This document shows, one piece after another, positions 52,075 through 60,741 of a stretch of DNA of 64,000 nucleotides; within the stretch, counting starts at the first letter, position 1, and each line of letters starts with the position of its first letter. This DNA is from Sphingomonadaceae bacterium (lineage in GTDB: Bacteria > Chloroflexota > UBA6077): assembly GCA_050261575.1 (NCBI GenBank), contig JBLNDL010000011.1, positions 65,345 through 129,344 of the forward strand, in the 5' to 3' direction. Below the pieces are notes generated by a model. That model was not told where the DNA came from, did no database searches, and was given only the letters and a program-made list of their open reading frames with translations. The translations under genes and the position numbers were made by a program.

Positions 52075-53421
52075 CTATGCTGGCCTCTTCCTGGCCGGCT
52101 CATCCGTGGCCACGCTCACCCTACTCGGGAGCGGGCCGATGTCGTGGCCGTTGTGCGGAATCCGCTTTCCGTCGCGATGAACCCTGAGCATCGACTCGTA
52201 CAGCTCCGCGGTGCGCTCCCCAACCTTCCGCCACGTGAAGAGCCTCTCCACCCTGGCCCTGGCCGCCCTGCCCATCCGGCGGGCCAGCGAGCGGTCCACC
52301 TGCAGACGCTCCATCTGCCGCGCGAGGGCCGCGGGGTCCCGCGCCGGGACCAGCAGGCCCGTCTCGCCGTCCGCCACGGTGAACTTGATGCCGCCCACGT
52401 CGGAGCCGATCACCGGCGTCCCGCATGCCATCGCCTCGAGCGGCGTGAGCCCGAATGGCTCGTACCAGGGGGTCGTGACGGCTACGTCGGCGGCGGAGTA
52501 GTAGTACTTCAGCCGGTCTTGCGCCCGTTTGCCGGTGAAGGTCACCCGGTCCCGCACCCCGTGCAGAGTGGCCATGTCGGCCAGCCGGCGGATCTCGGGG
52601 GTCTGCATAGGATCCCCGTCGATGGTCTCGCCGCCCACGATCACGAGACGCATGGGAACCTCGCTGCGCGCCGCCAGTCCGGTGAAGGCAAGCAGGACGT
52701 TGTCTATCCCCTTCCGCGGAAGCACGCGTCCGACGTAGACGACGATCCACTCGTTGGGGTCAAACCCCAGATCCTGCCTCGCCTTCTCCCTCGGCACCGG
52801 TCGGAAGACCTCGACGTCGACGGCAGAGGGGATCACCTCGATCTTGGACGGATCGGCGTCGTAGAGGGTCACCAGCTCGTGCATCTCGTTGGGGCACTGT
52901 GCGATGATCCGATCCGCATCATCGATGACCCCGTATTCCACCACCACCCGCTCCTCCGGACTTGTGTCGGCGTCCCCCTGGTGCACACGCTTCACCTTGC
53001 CGAGGGCGTGAAAGATCTCCACCACCGGAACGTCCAGGATCGGCTTCACCTGGCAGGCAACCCAGCCCGACATCCAGAAGTTGGCGTGGATCAGGTCGTA
53101 GTCCTCCGAGTTGCTGCGGGCGTACTCCAGGAATCGGTCGCGGAACCGAGGCATGAACACCCACATCGGGTCCTTCTTGATGAAGCGGGGCGGCCCCGCC
53201 CGAAGGTGCACCACCCGGACCCCGGGCGCCCACTCCGTCTCGTCTGGAAGCTCCTCGCTGTCGCGCCGGGTGAAGACGTCGACCTCGAACCCGAGGGCCG
53301 CCACATGCCTGCTCACCTGGTCGACGTACACGTTCTGTCCCCCGGCATCCTCGCTGCCCAGCAACGCGACCGGGTTGGCATGCTCGCTAAGCATCGCGAT
53401 CCGCCCTTTGATCCGCGCCAT
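52075..53421 (-). CDS. Glycosyltransferase family 4 (MshA/SPS-like fold)
   Basis: DAGGQNVYV, HANFWMSG, FHALG, GRVLPRKG, EPFGLTPLEAMACG. Confidence 0.88.
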   Translation of the reverse strand: MARIKGRIAMLSEHANPVALLGSEDAGGQNVYVDQVSRHVAALGFEVDVFTRRDSEELPDETEWAPGVRVVHLRAGPPRFIKKDPMWVFMPRFRDRFLEYARSNSEDYDLIHANFWMSGWVACQVKPILDVPVVEIFHALGKVKRVHQGDADTSPEERVVVEYGVIDDADRIIAQCPNEMHELVTLYDADPSKIEVIPSAVDVEVFRPVPREKARQDLGFDPNEWIVVYVGRVLPRKGIDNVLLAFTGLAARSEVPMRLVIVGGETIDGDPMQTPEIRRLADMATLHGVRDRVTFTGKRAQDRLKYYYSAADVAVTTPWYEPFGLTPLEAMACGTPVIGSDVGGIKFTVADGETGLLVPARDPAALARQMERLQVDRSLARRMGRAARARVERLFTWRKVGERTAELYESMLRVHRDGKRIPHNGHDIGPLPSRVSVATDEPARKRPA

Positions 53422-53425
53422 GCGC

Positions 53426-54403
53426 CTATTCCCCCTGACCTTCAGTTGCAGCCCTCGAGTTCCCCATCACCAGGGCGAAGGCTCTCTCCCAGTCTCGGCA
53501 GAAGCGCTCGATAGAGAAGCGCTCGCGGTAGATCTCCCGAGACCTCCGGCCCATCCTTGTCGCCTCACGTCGGTCAGACAGCAGTCGCAGCATCGCCTCC
53601 GTCAGGTAGTCGAGATCGTTGGACACGAAGCCGTTCCGCCCGTCCTCCACCACCGTCGGCACCTCCGTCGTCGCCAGGGCGACGATGGGCATCCCAACGG
53701 CCATCGCCTCCACCAGGGCCAACGGCAGGCTGGTGTACCGGATCGGGTTGAAGAAGAAGCGGTAGCGAGCCTCCACCTGGAGCAGATCGACGTGGGGAAT
53801 GTCGCCCAGCCCCCCCAGCTCCTCGGATTCCATGCCGACTAGCTGCAAGGGGACACGACGCCGCATCTGCTCCCACACGTCGTAGCCCGCGATCCTGTTG
53901 CGCCGCTTCAGCCCGTTCACCACCACGACTCCCTGGTCCAGATCTCCCACGTACCGGACATCCTCGTCCAGTGCCACTCCGTGCTCGATCACCATCGTCG
54001 GGCACCGCCCCGAGTCCCACATCATCCGGTTGAAGTGGGTAACGTGCACCAGCAGCACGTTCGGGTCGTCCACAGGATGCTTCGTGTCGGTCGGGTGCCC
54101 CTTTGGAGTGTTGTGCTCCAGGTAGATCCTGGGGAGCGTTCGCTGCGCCTCCGAGAGGACCTCGTACTGGTCCTCCAGATAGTTCTTGGGCGTCTGGTGT
54201 ATCACCAGGTCCAGCTTCAGCGACCTCACCTCCTCGGCCGGCACCTCGTAGACGTTCGCCGGCCACCGGAAGGTCCACCCCTTCCCTCCATACCCCTCTG
54301 GTCGATCCGGCTTGACCGGCAGGAAGAAGTTGGCTCTGGCGCGGACTATGTAGTTCAGATAGCTTCCGTGAACATGCCAAATCAGTACGTTTGGAACGCC
54401 CAT
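53426..54403 (-). CDS. Glycosyltransferase family 4-like protein
   Basis: IWHVHGSYL, LEHNTP, HVTHFN, NPIRYTSLPLALVEAMAVG. Confidence 0.82.
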   Translation of the reverse strand: MGVPNVLIWHVHGSYLNYIVRARANFFLPVKPDRPEGYGGKGWTFRWPANVYEVPAEEVRSLKLDLVIHQTPKNYLEDQYEVLSEAQRTLPRIYLEHNTPKGHPTDTKHPVDDPNVLLVHVTHFNRMMWDSGRCPTMVIEHGVALDEDVRYVGDLDQGVVVVNGLKRRNRIAGYDVWEQMRRRVPLQLVGMESEELGGLGDIPHVDLLQVEARYRFFFNPIRYTSLPLALVEAMAVGMPIVALATTEVPTVVEDGRNGFVSNDLDYLTEAMLRLLSDRREATRMGRRSREIYRERFSIERFCRDWERAFALVMGNSRAATEGQGE

Positions 54404-55443
54404 CGCTCCACCACAGCCAGCGCAGCCTCCACCACCTGATCGACCGAGATGGCGGTGATGGGATTGCCGGGCCCCGACCAGACAGCCGCGTGGGATCTCG
54501 TATCCAGGGGCGCCCACCTGTTCGGATCGGTCGGCCCGAAAAGCACCACGCTGGGGACGCCGAGGGCTGCCGCCAAGTGGGAGATCCCGGTATCGTTCGT
54601 GACCAAGAGCTGCATGCGCGACACCAGGGCCGCCACAGCCCCGATGGAGGTCCTGCCGGTCGCCACTCGGGCATCCACGGCGCGCAGGGCCACGGCCACC
54701 CGCCGGGCGATGTCCAACTCCTCTCGGGTGCCGGTGATCACCACCTGGGCACCCGACTCTCCGGCGAGCCGGTCGGCCACCCGGGCAAACCGCTCCGGCG
54801 GCCACCGCTTCGCCGCGTCCCTCCCGCCCGGGTGCAGCCCGATCACCGGCCTGCCCAAGTCGATGCCGCACTCGCTGGCCACCCGCTCCGCCTCCATCCA
54901 GTCCTCGGGAAGAAGGGGGAACTCCAGTTCCGGAGCACCGATCGCCCCCACCACGTTCACCAGCCGCAACCACCGCCGGATCTCGTGGTCGCTCCTCGAC
55001 CATGGCAGCTCGACGTCCAGTTGCCGCCGATCCATCCCGTCGCCGGGGCCGTAACCCAGGCTAGCCCTCGCGCCCAGCCGGGCCACGAAGCCGTTGCTCA
55101 GTCGGCCGTCCCCGTGCATCTGGATCGCCAGGTCGTAGCGGCAGCGGTACGCCTCCGCCAGGAACTCCTCCGTCCGCGACCGATCCCAGGCGACCCCCTC
55201 CAACCCCTGATAGCCGGGGAACTCCAGGAAGCGATCCACGCAGGGGTACCGCTCCAGGACATCTCGCGTCCAGCGCAGGCCGATGAGGGTCACCTCGGCA
55301 TCAGGGAACCGATCCTTCAGCGCCCGCAACGCGGGCACCGAGCAGAGGTAGTCCCCGAGATGCAGGGCTCGGAAGACCGCGATCCGCTCCACCCCGGAGA
55401 CCTCCAATGATGGCCCGCCACGGAGGCCGGCCGATAGGTCCAT
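54382..55443 (-). CDS. Glycosyltransferase family 9 (heptosyltransferase-like)
   Basis: RALHLGD, LHPGG...KRWP.ERF, NDTGISHLAAA...P.VVLFGPT.P.RWAP. Confidence 0.92.
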   Translation of the reverse strand: MDLSAGLRGGPSLEVSGVERIAVFRALHLGDYLCSVPALRALKDRFPDAEVTLIGLRWTRDVLERYPCVDRFLEFPGYQGLEGVAWDRSRTEEFLAEAYRCRYDLAIQMHGDGRLSNGFVARLGARASLGYGPGDGMDRRQLDVELPWSRSDHEIRRWLRLVNVVGAIGAPELEFPLLPEDWMEAERVASECGIDLGRPVIGLHPGGRDAAKRWPPERFARVADRLAGESGAQVVITGTREELDIARRVAVALRAVDARVATGRTSIGAVAALVSRMQLLVTNDTGISHLAAALGVPSVVLFGPTDPNRWAPLDTRSHAAVWSGPGNPITAISVDQVVEAALAVVERWAFQTY

Positions 55444-55772
55444 CAGACAGCCTCCCGTCCCCCCCACTCCCTCTTGGCGAGGGTTAGGGCGAGGGCTCCA
55501 GCTCCACTGCCAGCCTTGCCACCATCGCCCCGACCCTCTCCCAGATGGAGAGGGCGCGTGTCACGTCCCCACAGCATCCCCTCCGTCGCGGCCCTCACAT
55601 GGCAGGCCGGAACCGCCGAGCACCCGACGCGGGTGGGGCACCGCACGAGTGAGCAGGAGCCGCACTCCGTCTCCCGCCACGGCGGCCGGAGGCTACGTTC
55701 CGCCCGATACCGGTAGTCGAAGAGGCCGCGAAGCTCGGTAGCCCGCAGAGGGTTCCTGTCCCTATCTGGCAT
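55443..55772 (-). CDS. Small Cys-cluster ORF resembling a GT9 C-terminal fragment
   Basis: GGAGG RBS; start overlaps the upstream GT9 end and stop overlaps the downstream ATG (TGATG); CGSC-x4-CP-x4-C. Confidence 0.45.
   Translation of the reverse strand: MPDRDRNPLRATELRGLFDYRYRAERSLRPPWRETECGSCSLVRCPTRVGCSAVPACHVRAATEGMLWGRDTRPLHLGEGRGDGGKAGSGAGALALTLAKREWGGREAV
55460..55554. repeat. Inverted pair of REP-like repeats
   Basis: Reverse-complement CCCTCGCCCTAACCCTCGCCAAGAGGGAG (55460-55495) and CCATCGCCCCGACCCTCTCCCAGATGGAGAGGG (55522-55554). Confidence 0.6.
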
Positions 55773-56856
55773 CGCGTCGCCCTCCGGTCGTCTCCTCCAG
55801 CAGCCCTGCCGCCGCCCTCACCACCTCCGACGGCGCGACCCCCCTCAGACACTCCTGCTCGTATGGACAGACGCGGCTGTAGCAGAGGGCACAGGGCACC
55901 TCTCGGTAGAGCAGCCGGTGTGGCACCCTCCAGGGCCGCCACTGCTCGGGGGGATTGGTGAGGGCGAAGAGGTCGACCACCGGGGTCTTCACCGCCGCGG
56001 CCACGTGGGCGGGGCCTGTGTTGTTGGTCACCACCAGATCCGACAGCGAGAGCAGCGCCACGAACTCCCTGAAGTCCGCCCGCCCCGCCATGGAGATGGC
56101 CGCGCGTCGCATCCGCCCCCGTACCTTCTCCACCAGTTCCACCTCCCCGGAGTCGCCCGTGAACACCACCTGCGCACCCACCTGCTGCACGAGGAGGTCC
56201 GCCACCTGCGCGAACATCTCCCAGGGATAGGTCCTGGCCGGCATGCTGCACCCGGGGTGCAGCACCACCAGGGGACGGCCGCCCGACACACCCTCGGCGC
56301 TCAGCCGTTGACGCACGGACGCTCGCTCCTTCGGCAGAACGCGCAGCACCAGGTCGAGGTCGGAGGTGCGGAATCCCTCTGCTCCGACCAGGTCGAGCGC
56401 GCGCTCCACCTCGTGCATGCCGCGCTCCTCCGGGTGCTTGTGCCTGGTCGTCAGGAGAGAGCCGGAACCGTCGATCGAAGCCCCGAGCCGCAGGGGGATC
56501 CCCGCCAGATAGGCCAGGTAAGCAGCCGGCAGCGGACTCTGGCGAAAACTGGTGAAGATGATCGCACCGTCGAAGCGGCGTTCCCTCAGCATCTCGACCA
56601 TCCCCAGCTCGCGAACGAAGTCGTGCGGCAGCCTCTCCCAGGGGTCCATCCACGGGGCCTCGTAGACGATCGCGTCGTCCAGGTCCGGGTTCAGCTCCGC
56701 AACCTGCGCCCCCACCGGGCTCGCCAGCAGCGTCAGCTCAGCGTCCGGCAGCGTCTCCCTCACGGCGTGAAAGGCCGGCGTGCACAGCAGGACATCCCCC
56801 AGGTTGTCCAGGCGAACCAGCAGCAGCTTCCTGGCGGCCATCCAGCGGCTATCCAT
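55762..56856 (-). CDS. Glycosyltransferase family 9 (heptosyltransferase-like)
   Basis: VRLDNLGDV, HEVER.L, LHPG, NNTGPAHVAAA, C..C....CP...C at the C-terminus. Confidence 0.92.
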   Translation of the reverse strand: MDSRWMAARKLLLVRLDNLGDVLLCTPAFHAVRETLPDAELTLLASPVGAQVAELNPDLDDAIVYEAPWMDPWERLPHDFVRELGMVEMLRERRFDGAIIFTSFRQSPLPAAYLAYLAGIPLRLGASIDGSGSLLTTRHKHPEERGMHEVERALDLVGAEGFRTSDLDLVLRVLPKERASVRQRLSAEGVSGGRPLVVLHPGCSMPARTYPWEMFAQVADLLVQQVGAQVVFTGDSGEVELVEKVRGRMRRAAISMAGRADFREFVALLSLSDLVVTNNTGPAHVAAAVKTPVVDLFALTNPPEQWRPWRVPHRLLYREVPCALCYSRVCPYEQECLRGVAPSEVVRAAAGLLEETTGGRRDAR

Positions 56857-57487
56857 GCCGCCGCACCTCCTCTCCCGAGAGCGGGTCCGTCTCGCCGAGC
56901 CCCGGGCGGGGGACGGTCCCCCGCCCGACGGCCGGATCCGATTCCAGTATGTGCCGCGCCGCCTCGAGAAACCCGCGAGCGACGTAATCCGGCGTCCTTT
57001 CGGGCCTACCGGGCTCGCCCTCCGTCCCCAGGTCGATCAGGATCGCCCGAGTGCCCACCCGCTTTCCGGCCTCGACATCGTCCAGGATGTCACCTATCAG
57101 CCACGAGGACCTCGGGTCCACGTGGAAGTCACCACAGCCCCTCAGCACCAGCCCGGGCGCGGGTTTGCGGCATTCACACCTTCGCGCGTACCTGGGCACC
57201 ACCCCCTCGGGATGGTGAGGGCAGTAGTACCATCCATCGATCGCCGCACCCCGCTCCTCCAGCATCGCCCCCAGCCGCCTATGCATCACGGCGAGTTGCC
57301 GCTCCGTGAAGAAGCCCCTGGCAATGCCGCTCTGGTTGGTCACCACGATCAACAGGTATCCCGCCGCTTTCAGCAGTCTCAGCCCCTCCGGGACCCCATC
57401 CAGCAACTCGATCCCGTCGGGATCGCAGACAAACGGATGGTTTCTGATGAGGGTCCCGTCCCGGTCCAGAAAGACCGCCTTTCTCAT
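56849..57487 (-). CDS. gmhB: D,D-heptose 1,7-bisphosphate phosphatase (HAD-IIIA)
   Basis: AVFLDRDGT, VTNQSGIARG, CPHHP..CECRKP, IGDILDD. Confidence 0.9.
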   Translation of the reverse strand: MRKAVFLDRDGTLIRNHPFVCDPDGIELLDGVPEGLRLLKAAGYLLIVVTNQSGIARGFFTERQLAVMHRRLGAMLEERGAAIDGWYYCPHHPEGVVPRYARRCECRKPAPGLVLRGCGDFHVDPRSSWLIGDILDDVEAGKRVGTRAILIDLGTEGEPGRPERTPDYVARGFLEAARHILESDPAVGRGTVPRPGLGETDPLSGEEVRRHG

Positions 57488-57693
57488 GATCGTCCCGTCT
57501 CCTCGCCCTTGCCCTCGGGCTGGGGAAGGGTTCCGCGCCGCATCATCTCCTCCAGGGCCTTGGCCCTGATCCGCCATTGCTGCCCGATCTTGAAGGCCGG
57601 CAGCTTTCCGGCCCGACACCAGGCGTAAACCGTTGCGGGGGTGGTCTTCAGGATCGCTGCCACCTCCTGGACTGTCAGCACCTCCTCAGCCAT
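57484..57693 (-). CDS. Excisionase-family (HTH_17) DNA-binding protein
   Basis: LTVQEVA..L.....TVY.W.R.GKLPAFKIG.QWRI; stop overlaps the gmhB ATG. Confidence 0.88.
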   Translation of the reverse strand: MAEEVLTVQEVAAILKTTPATVYAWCRAGKLPAFKIGQQWRIRAKALEEMMRRGTLPQPEGKGEETGRS

Positions 57694-57799
57694 AGGCGCC
57701 AACCTTTCCCGCTCGAGAAGCGAGAAGAAAAGCAATCGACATACCACCCCTGGAACAACCCTGAGCCTTTCGCATCCCCTCACTCCCTCTTCAGTGATG

Positions 57800-57857
57800 A
57801 GCCACGAGCAATGAGTGAGAGTACTTCACGTCCACTCGTCACTCATTACTCGTGGCT
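57800..57857. repeat. Long inverted repeat built from heptamers, directly after the hldE stop
   Basis: AGCCACGAGCAATGAGTGA / TCACTCATTACTCGTGGCT (18/19). Confidence 0.6.
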
Positions 57858-59322
57858 ACGCCGCCCGTGCGCGCCGGGCCACCTTCCCCCTGAGCAAGCG
57901 GGTCGAACGCGGCTCCACCAGCGGCAGGATCACCACCTCGCCCCCCACCTCCCGCACCGCCGCCGCCTCAAGAAGCTCGTCCTCCTGGTAGTCGCCGCCC
58001 TTCACGTGCACGTGGGGACGGATCTCCCGGATGAGTTCACTCGGCTCAGGCTCGTCGAACAGCACAGCGTGGTCCACCGACTCCAACGCCGCCACCACCG
58101 AGAGCCTCTCCTGCTCCTGATTGCGCGGGCTTTGGCCGTTCAGTCTTCGCAGACTCTCGTCGGAGTTGACGCCGACGATCAACACGTCGCCCAGCCTTCG
58201 TGCCTCCTTCAGGAAGGCGATGTGTCCGCTGTGCAGCCCGTCGAAGGCGCCGTTGGCAAACACCAGCCGCTTCCCCTCGGCCCGATACTCCTCCAGTCGC
58301 TCCGGCAGGCTATCCGCCGACGGCTCCTCCCCGGAGAGGCTCAGCCTCTGGAGCAGCTCCTGCTGCTCCACCACCGCGGTGTGGACCTTGCCGACCGCTA
58401 TGCCCGCAGCCTCCACTGCCACCTCAGTCGCCACCTGGATGCCGAGGCCCGAGGCCAAACCCAGGGCAAGCGCCGCGGCGAAGGTGTCCCCTGCCCCCAC
58501 CGCATCCGGATTCCGCACCCTCTGAGCGCGTACCCGCACGGTGGGCTCCCCCCGCTCGAACAGAAGGGCCCCGTCGGCACCCATCGTCACGATCACCCAC
58601 CGCGTGCCGATCCGCTCCAGCAAACCTCGGCCGAGAGCCTCCAGGCCGTTCGCCGAGTGCCCCCTCGAGGCGGCATCCACCGGCGACGCGAAGTAGCCTT
58701 GCGCATCCAGGTGGTTGGGGGTTATCACGCTCACGTTCTGGAAGCTGTGTCGAGACAGGTCCTTGGAGTCGACCACAACCAGCCGGTCGTGCGCGCGGTT
58801 CAGGCTGCCCAGTTCGGCGACGAATGCCGGCGTAACCACCCCCTTCGCGTAGTCCGAGACGATCACCACGTCGCTGTCCCGGAAGAGCGCGCGGAAGCCC
58901 TCGAGCAACTGCCACTGGACCTCTCCGGTTAGGTCCCGGTCCTCCTCCTCGTCGCACCTCGCTAGAAAGTGGCCGTCTGCCAGGATCCGCAGCTTGGTGG
59001 TGGTCGGGCGGTCGGGATCGACGATCATGGGGGCCACGTCGACGCCACGGGACAGCAGCTCGCGCCGCAGCACCTCCCCCTCGTGATCGGCTCCGACTGC
59101 CGCAAGCAGGGTCGCCCGCCCCCCCAGGGACCTGACGTTGGCCGCGGTGTTGGCGGCCCCGCCTGGCAGGAACCTCCGGTCACAGGACCTCACCACGGGC
59201 ACCGGGCCCTCCGGGGAGAGTCGGGTGGCAGTTCCAAGGTAGTAGGCGTCCAGCATGGCGTCGCCTACGATCAGTGCCCTCACACCGCCGAAGCGGCGGA
59301 CGGCGTCTGTGGCGCCGCTCAC
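57856..59322 (-). CDS. hldE: Bifunctional heptose 7-phosphate kinase / heptose 1-phosphate adenylyltransferase
   Basis: GDAMLD.Y..G...RLSPE.PVPV, GGAANTAAN, SDYAKG, GAGDT; C-terminal NGAFDGLHSGH, GVNSD, KGGDY. Confidence 0.9.
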   Translation of the reverse strand: MSGATDAVRRFGGVRALIVGDAMLDAYYLGTATRLSPEGPVPVVRSCDRRFLPGGAANTAANVRSLGGRATLLAAVGADHEGEVLRRELLSRGVDVAPMIVDPDRPTTTKLRILADGHFLARCDEEEDRDLTGEVQWQLLEGFRALFRDSDVVIVSDYAKGVVTPAFVAELGSLNRAHDRLVVVDSKDLSRHSFQNVSVITPNHLDAQGYFASPVDAASRGHSANGLEALGRGLLERIGTRWVIVTMGADGALLFERGEPTVRVRAQRVRNPDAVGAGDTFAAALALGLASGLGIQVATEVAVEAAGIAVGKVHTAVVEQQELLQRLSLSGEEPSADSLPERLEEYRAEGKRLVFANGAFDGLHSGHIAFLKEARRLGDVLIVGVNSDESLRRLNGQSPRNQEQERLSVVAALESVDHAVLFDEPEPSELIREIRPHVHVKGGDYQEDELLEAAAVREVGGEVVILPLVEPRSTRLLRGKVARRARAA

Positions 59323-59492
59323 GCCGTAACCCCCTGGGTCGACGGAGCGCCACTGCTTGGCTCAGGGCACTTCCACGTCAGGGGAGGTAGCAACAACGTT
59401 CTCATAACCCGCTAGCCTTGCCCGCAGTGCCGTTAATCTGTGGTGTCGTCTGCGGGTTGTGGCTAAAGGCAAGAGATGTGCCATAATGGAGA

Positions 59493-59527
59493 TAAAACAT
59501 ATAGCCGCGGCGCAAACCGCGGCTATA
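59493..59527 (-). terminator. Rho-independent terminator after scpB
   Basis: Stem TATAGCCGCGG/CCGCGGCTATA, then TGTTTT on the minus strand. Confidence 0.75.
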
Positions 59528-59562
59528 CGACATTGTACCGTGCTACTTGTAGCTGTTCTGTA

Positions 59563-60096
59563 CTATTCGGGAAGCGGAGGTAGTTCCTCCAAGCTGCTGA
59601 GGCCAAGATACTGTAAGAACTCCGGTGTTGAACCGTACAGCACCGGCCTGCCGACGCTCTCCTTCCGGCCGACTTCCGCTATGAGCCCTCTATTCAACAA
59701 GGTGGTCATCGCGCTATCGGAATTGACCCCGCGGATCGCTTCCACCTCCCCTCGCGTCACCGGCTGCCGGTAGGCCACTATCGCCAGCGTCTCCAGTGCC
59801 GCCCGCGAGAGCCTGACGGGTCGATCCAACCCCAACAACGCCTCCACGTACCTGGCGGACTCCGGGTCGGTCACCAACTCCAGCTCGTCGCCCTGGCTCT
59901 GCACACGCAGCCCGAGGGGGGGATTCTCGCGAAGATGGCGCAGCAGGTCAGCCACCTGGGCCGTCGGCACACCCAGCGCCCGCGCCACCTCCTCCTGCTT
60001 CACCGGCCCGCCTCCCGCGAAGAGCACCGCCACCAGATGGCGAGCCATGTCTAGCGGCGCAGATTCCGTCGGCGGACCTTCGGCATAGTACTCCAA
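59563..60096 (-). CDS. scpB: SMC-Scp complex subunit ScpB
   Basis: LSRAALETLAIVAYRQPVTRGEVEAIRGV, GRP.LYG.T.EFL...GL.SL.ELP. Confidence 0.95.
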   Translation of the reverse strand: MEYYAEGPPTESAPLDMARHLVAVLFAGGGPVKQEEVARALGVPTAQVADLLRHLRENPPLGLRVQSQGDELELVTDPESARYVEALLGLDRPVRLSRAALETLAIVAYRQPVTRGEVEAIRGVNSDSAMTTLLNRGLIAEVGRKESVGRPVLYGSTPEFLQYLGLSSLEELPPLPE

Positions 60097-60106
60097 TACG
60101 ACTTCC

Positions 60107-60688
60107 TCAGACTCGAAAGGGGTCCTTCGGCGCCACCTCCGGATCCAGCGGCGTCGGTCGGGGACCGCCGCCGCCGTGCTTCACCGTCACCTTCAGCGAC
60201 TTGATCTGGATCCCCATCTTGTTCTCGATCTCGTCGCGCACCGCCTGGAGGACCTCTTCCGACTTCTTCGGGAGATCGAGGTCGGCATCGGTGGACAGAC
60301 GGAGCAGCACGTCGACGGCCTTGCCGTGGCTGCGCACCGACGGCTGCGCCTCCCTGACCCCCGCCACCGTCTCCGCGACCCTCTTCACCCTCATCGCGAC
60401 GGAGTCGTTGGTCAGTTCCGCCGTGCCCGCGGCACCCTGGGTCACCACCACCGACTGCCGAGCCGATGGCCTCAGCTCCGCAAGCAGCAGCAGGAAGGCA
60501 GCGCCCGCCGCCGCCAGCCCTATGGCCGCACCGACGAGCTGAGCGGAGGAGTCCAGACCCAGCGACGCCGCAGTCAGCACGTCCCGAAGGGTCTCGATCA
60601 CGGGCCTCGGCAGGAGCGACACCAGCAGGGTGGCCACGATGAACACCAGCAGGATGAGCGACACCAGTATCCGGTTGAATAGGTTCAT
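60107..60688 (-). CDS. AmaP/Asp23-like membrane anchor protein
   Basis: MNLFNR plus two TM helices and an Asp23-like C-terminal domain; TGGTATAAT at 60741-60749. Confidence 0.65.
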   Translation of the reverse strand: MNLFNRILVSLILLVFIVATLLVSLLPRPVIETLRDVLTAASLGLDSSAQLVGAAIGLAAAGAAFLLLLAELRPSARQSVVVTQGAAGTAELTNDSVAMRVKRVAETVAGVREAQPSVRSHGKAVDVLLRLSTDADLDLPKKSEEVLQAVRDEIENKMGIQIKSLKVTVKHGGGGPRPTPLDPEVAPKDPFRV

Positions 60689-60741
60689 TTCCGCCTCCGG
60701 CGCAGCGATCAGCCCTCATCCTTCGGCTGTCGGCCGCGCGA

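Noticed and set aside
52075..53421. mshA (mycothiol) assignment, given ino1 nearby
   Set aside because: Only family-level similarity; the gene is embedded in the heptose cluster and no mshB/C/D is in the window.
57484..57693. Phage/ICE excisionase
   Set aside because: No integrase or att context; translationally coupled to gmhB.
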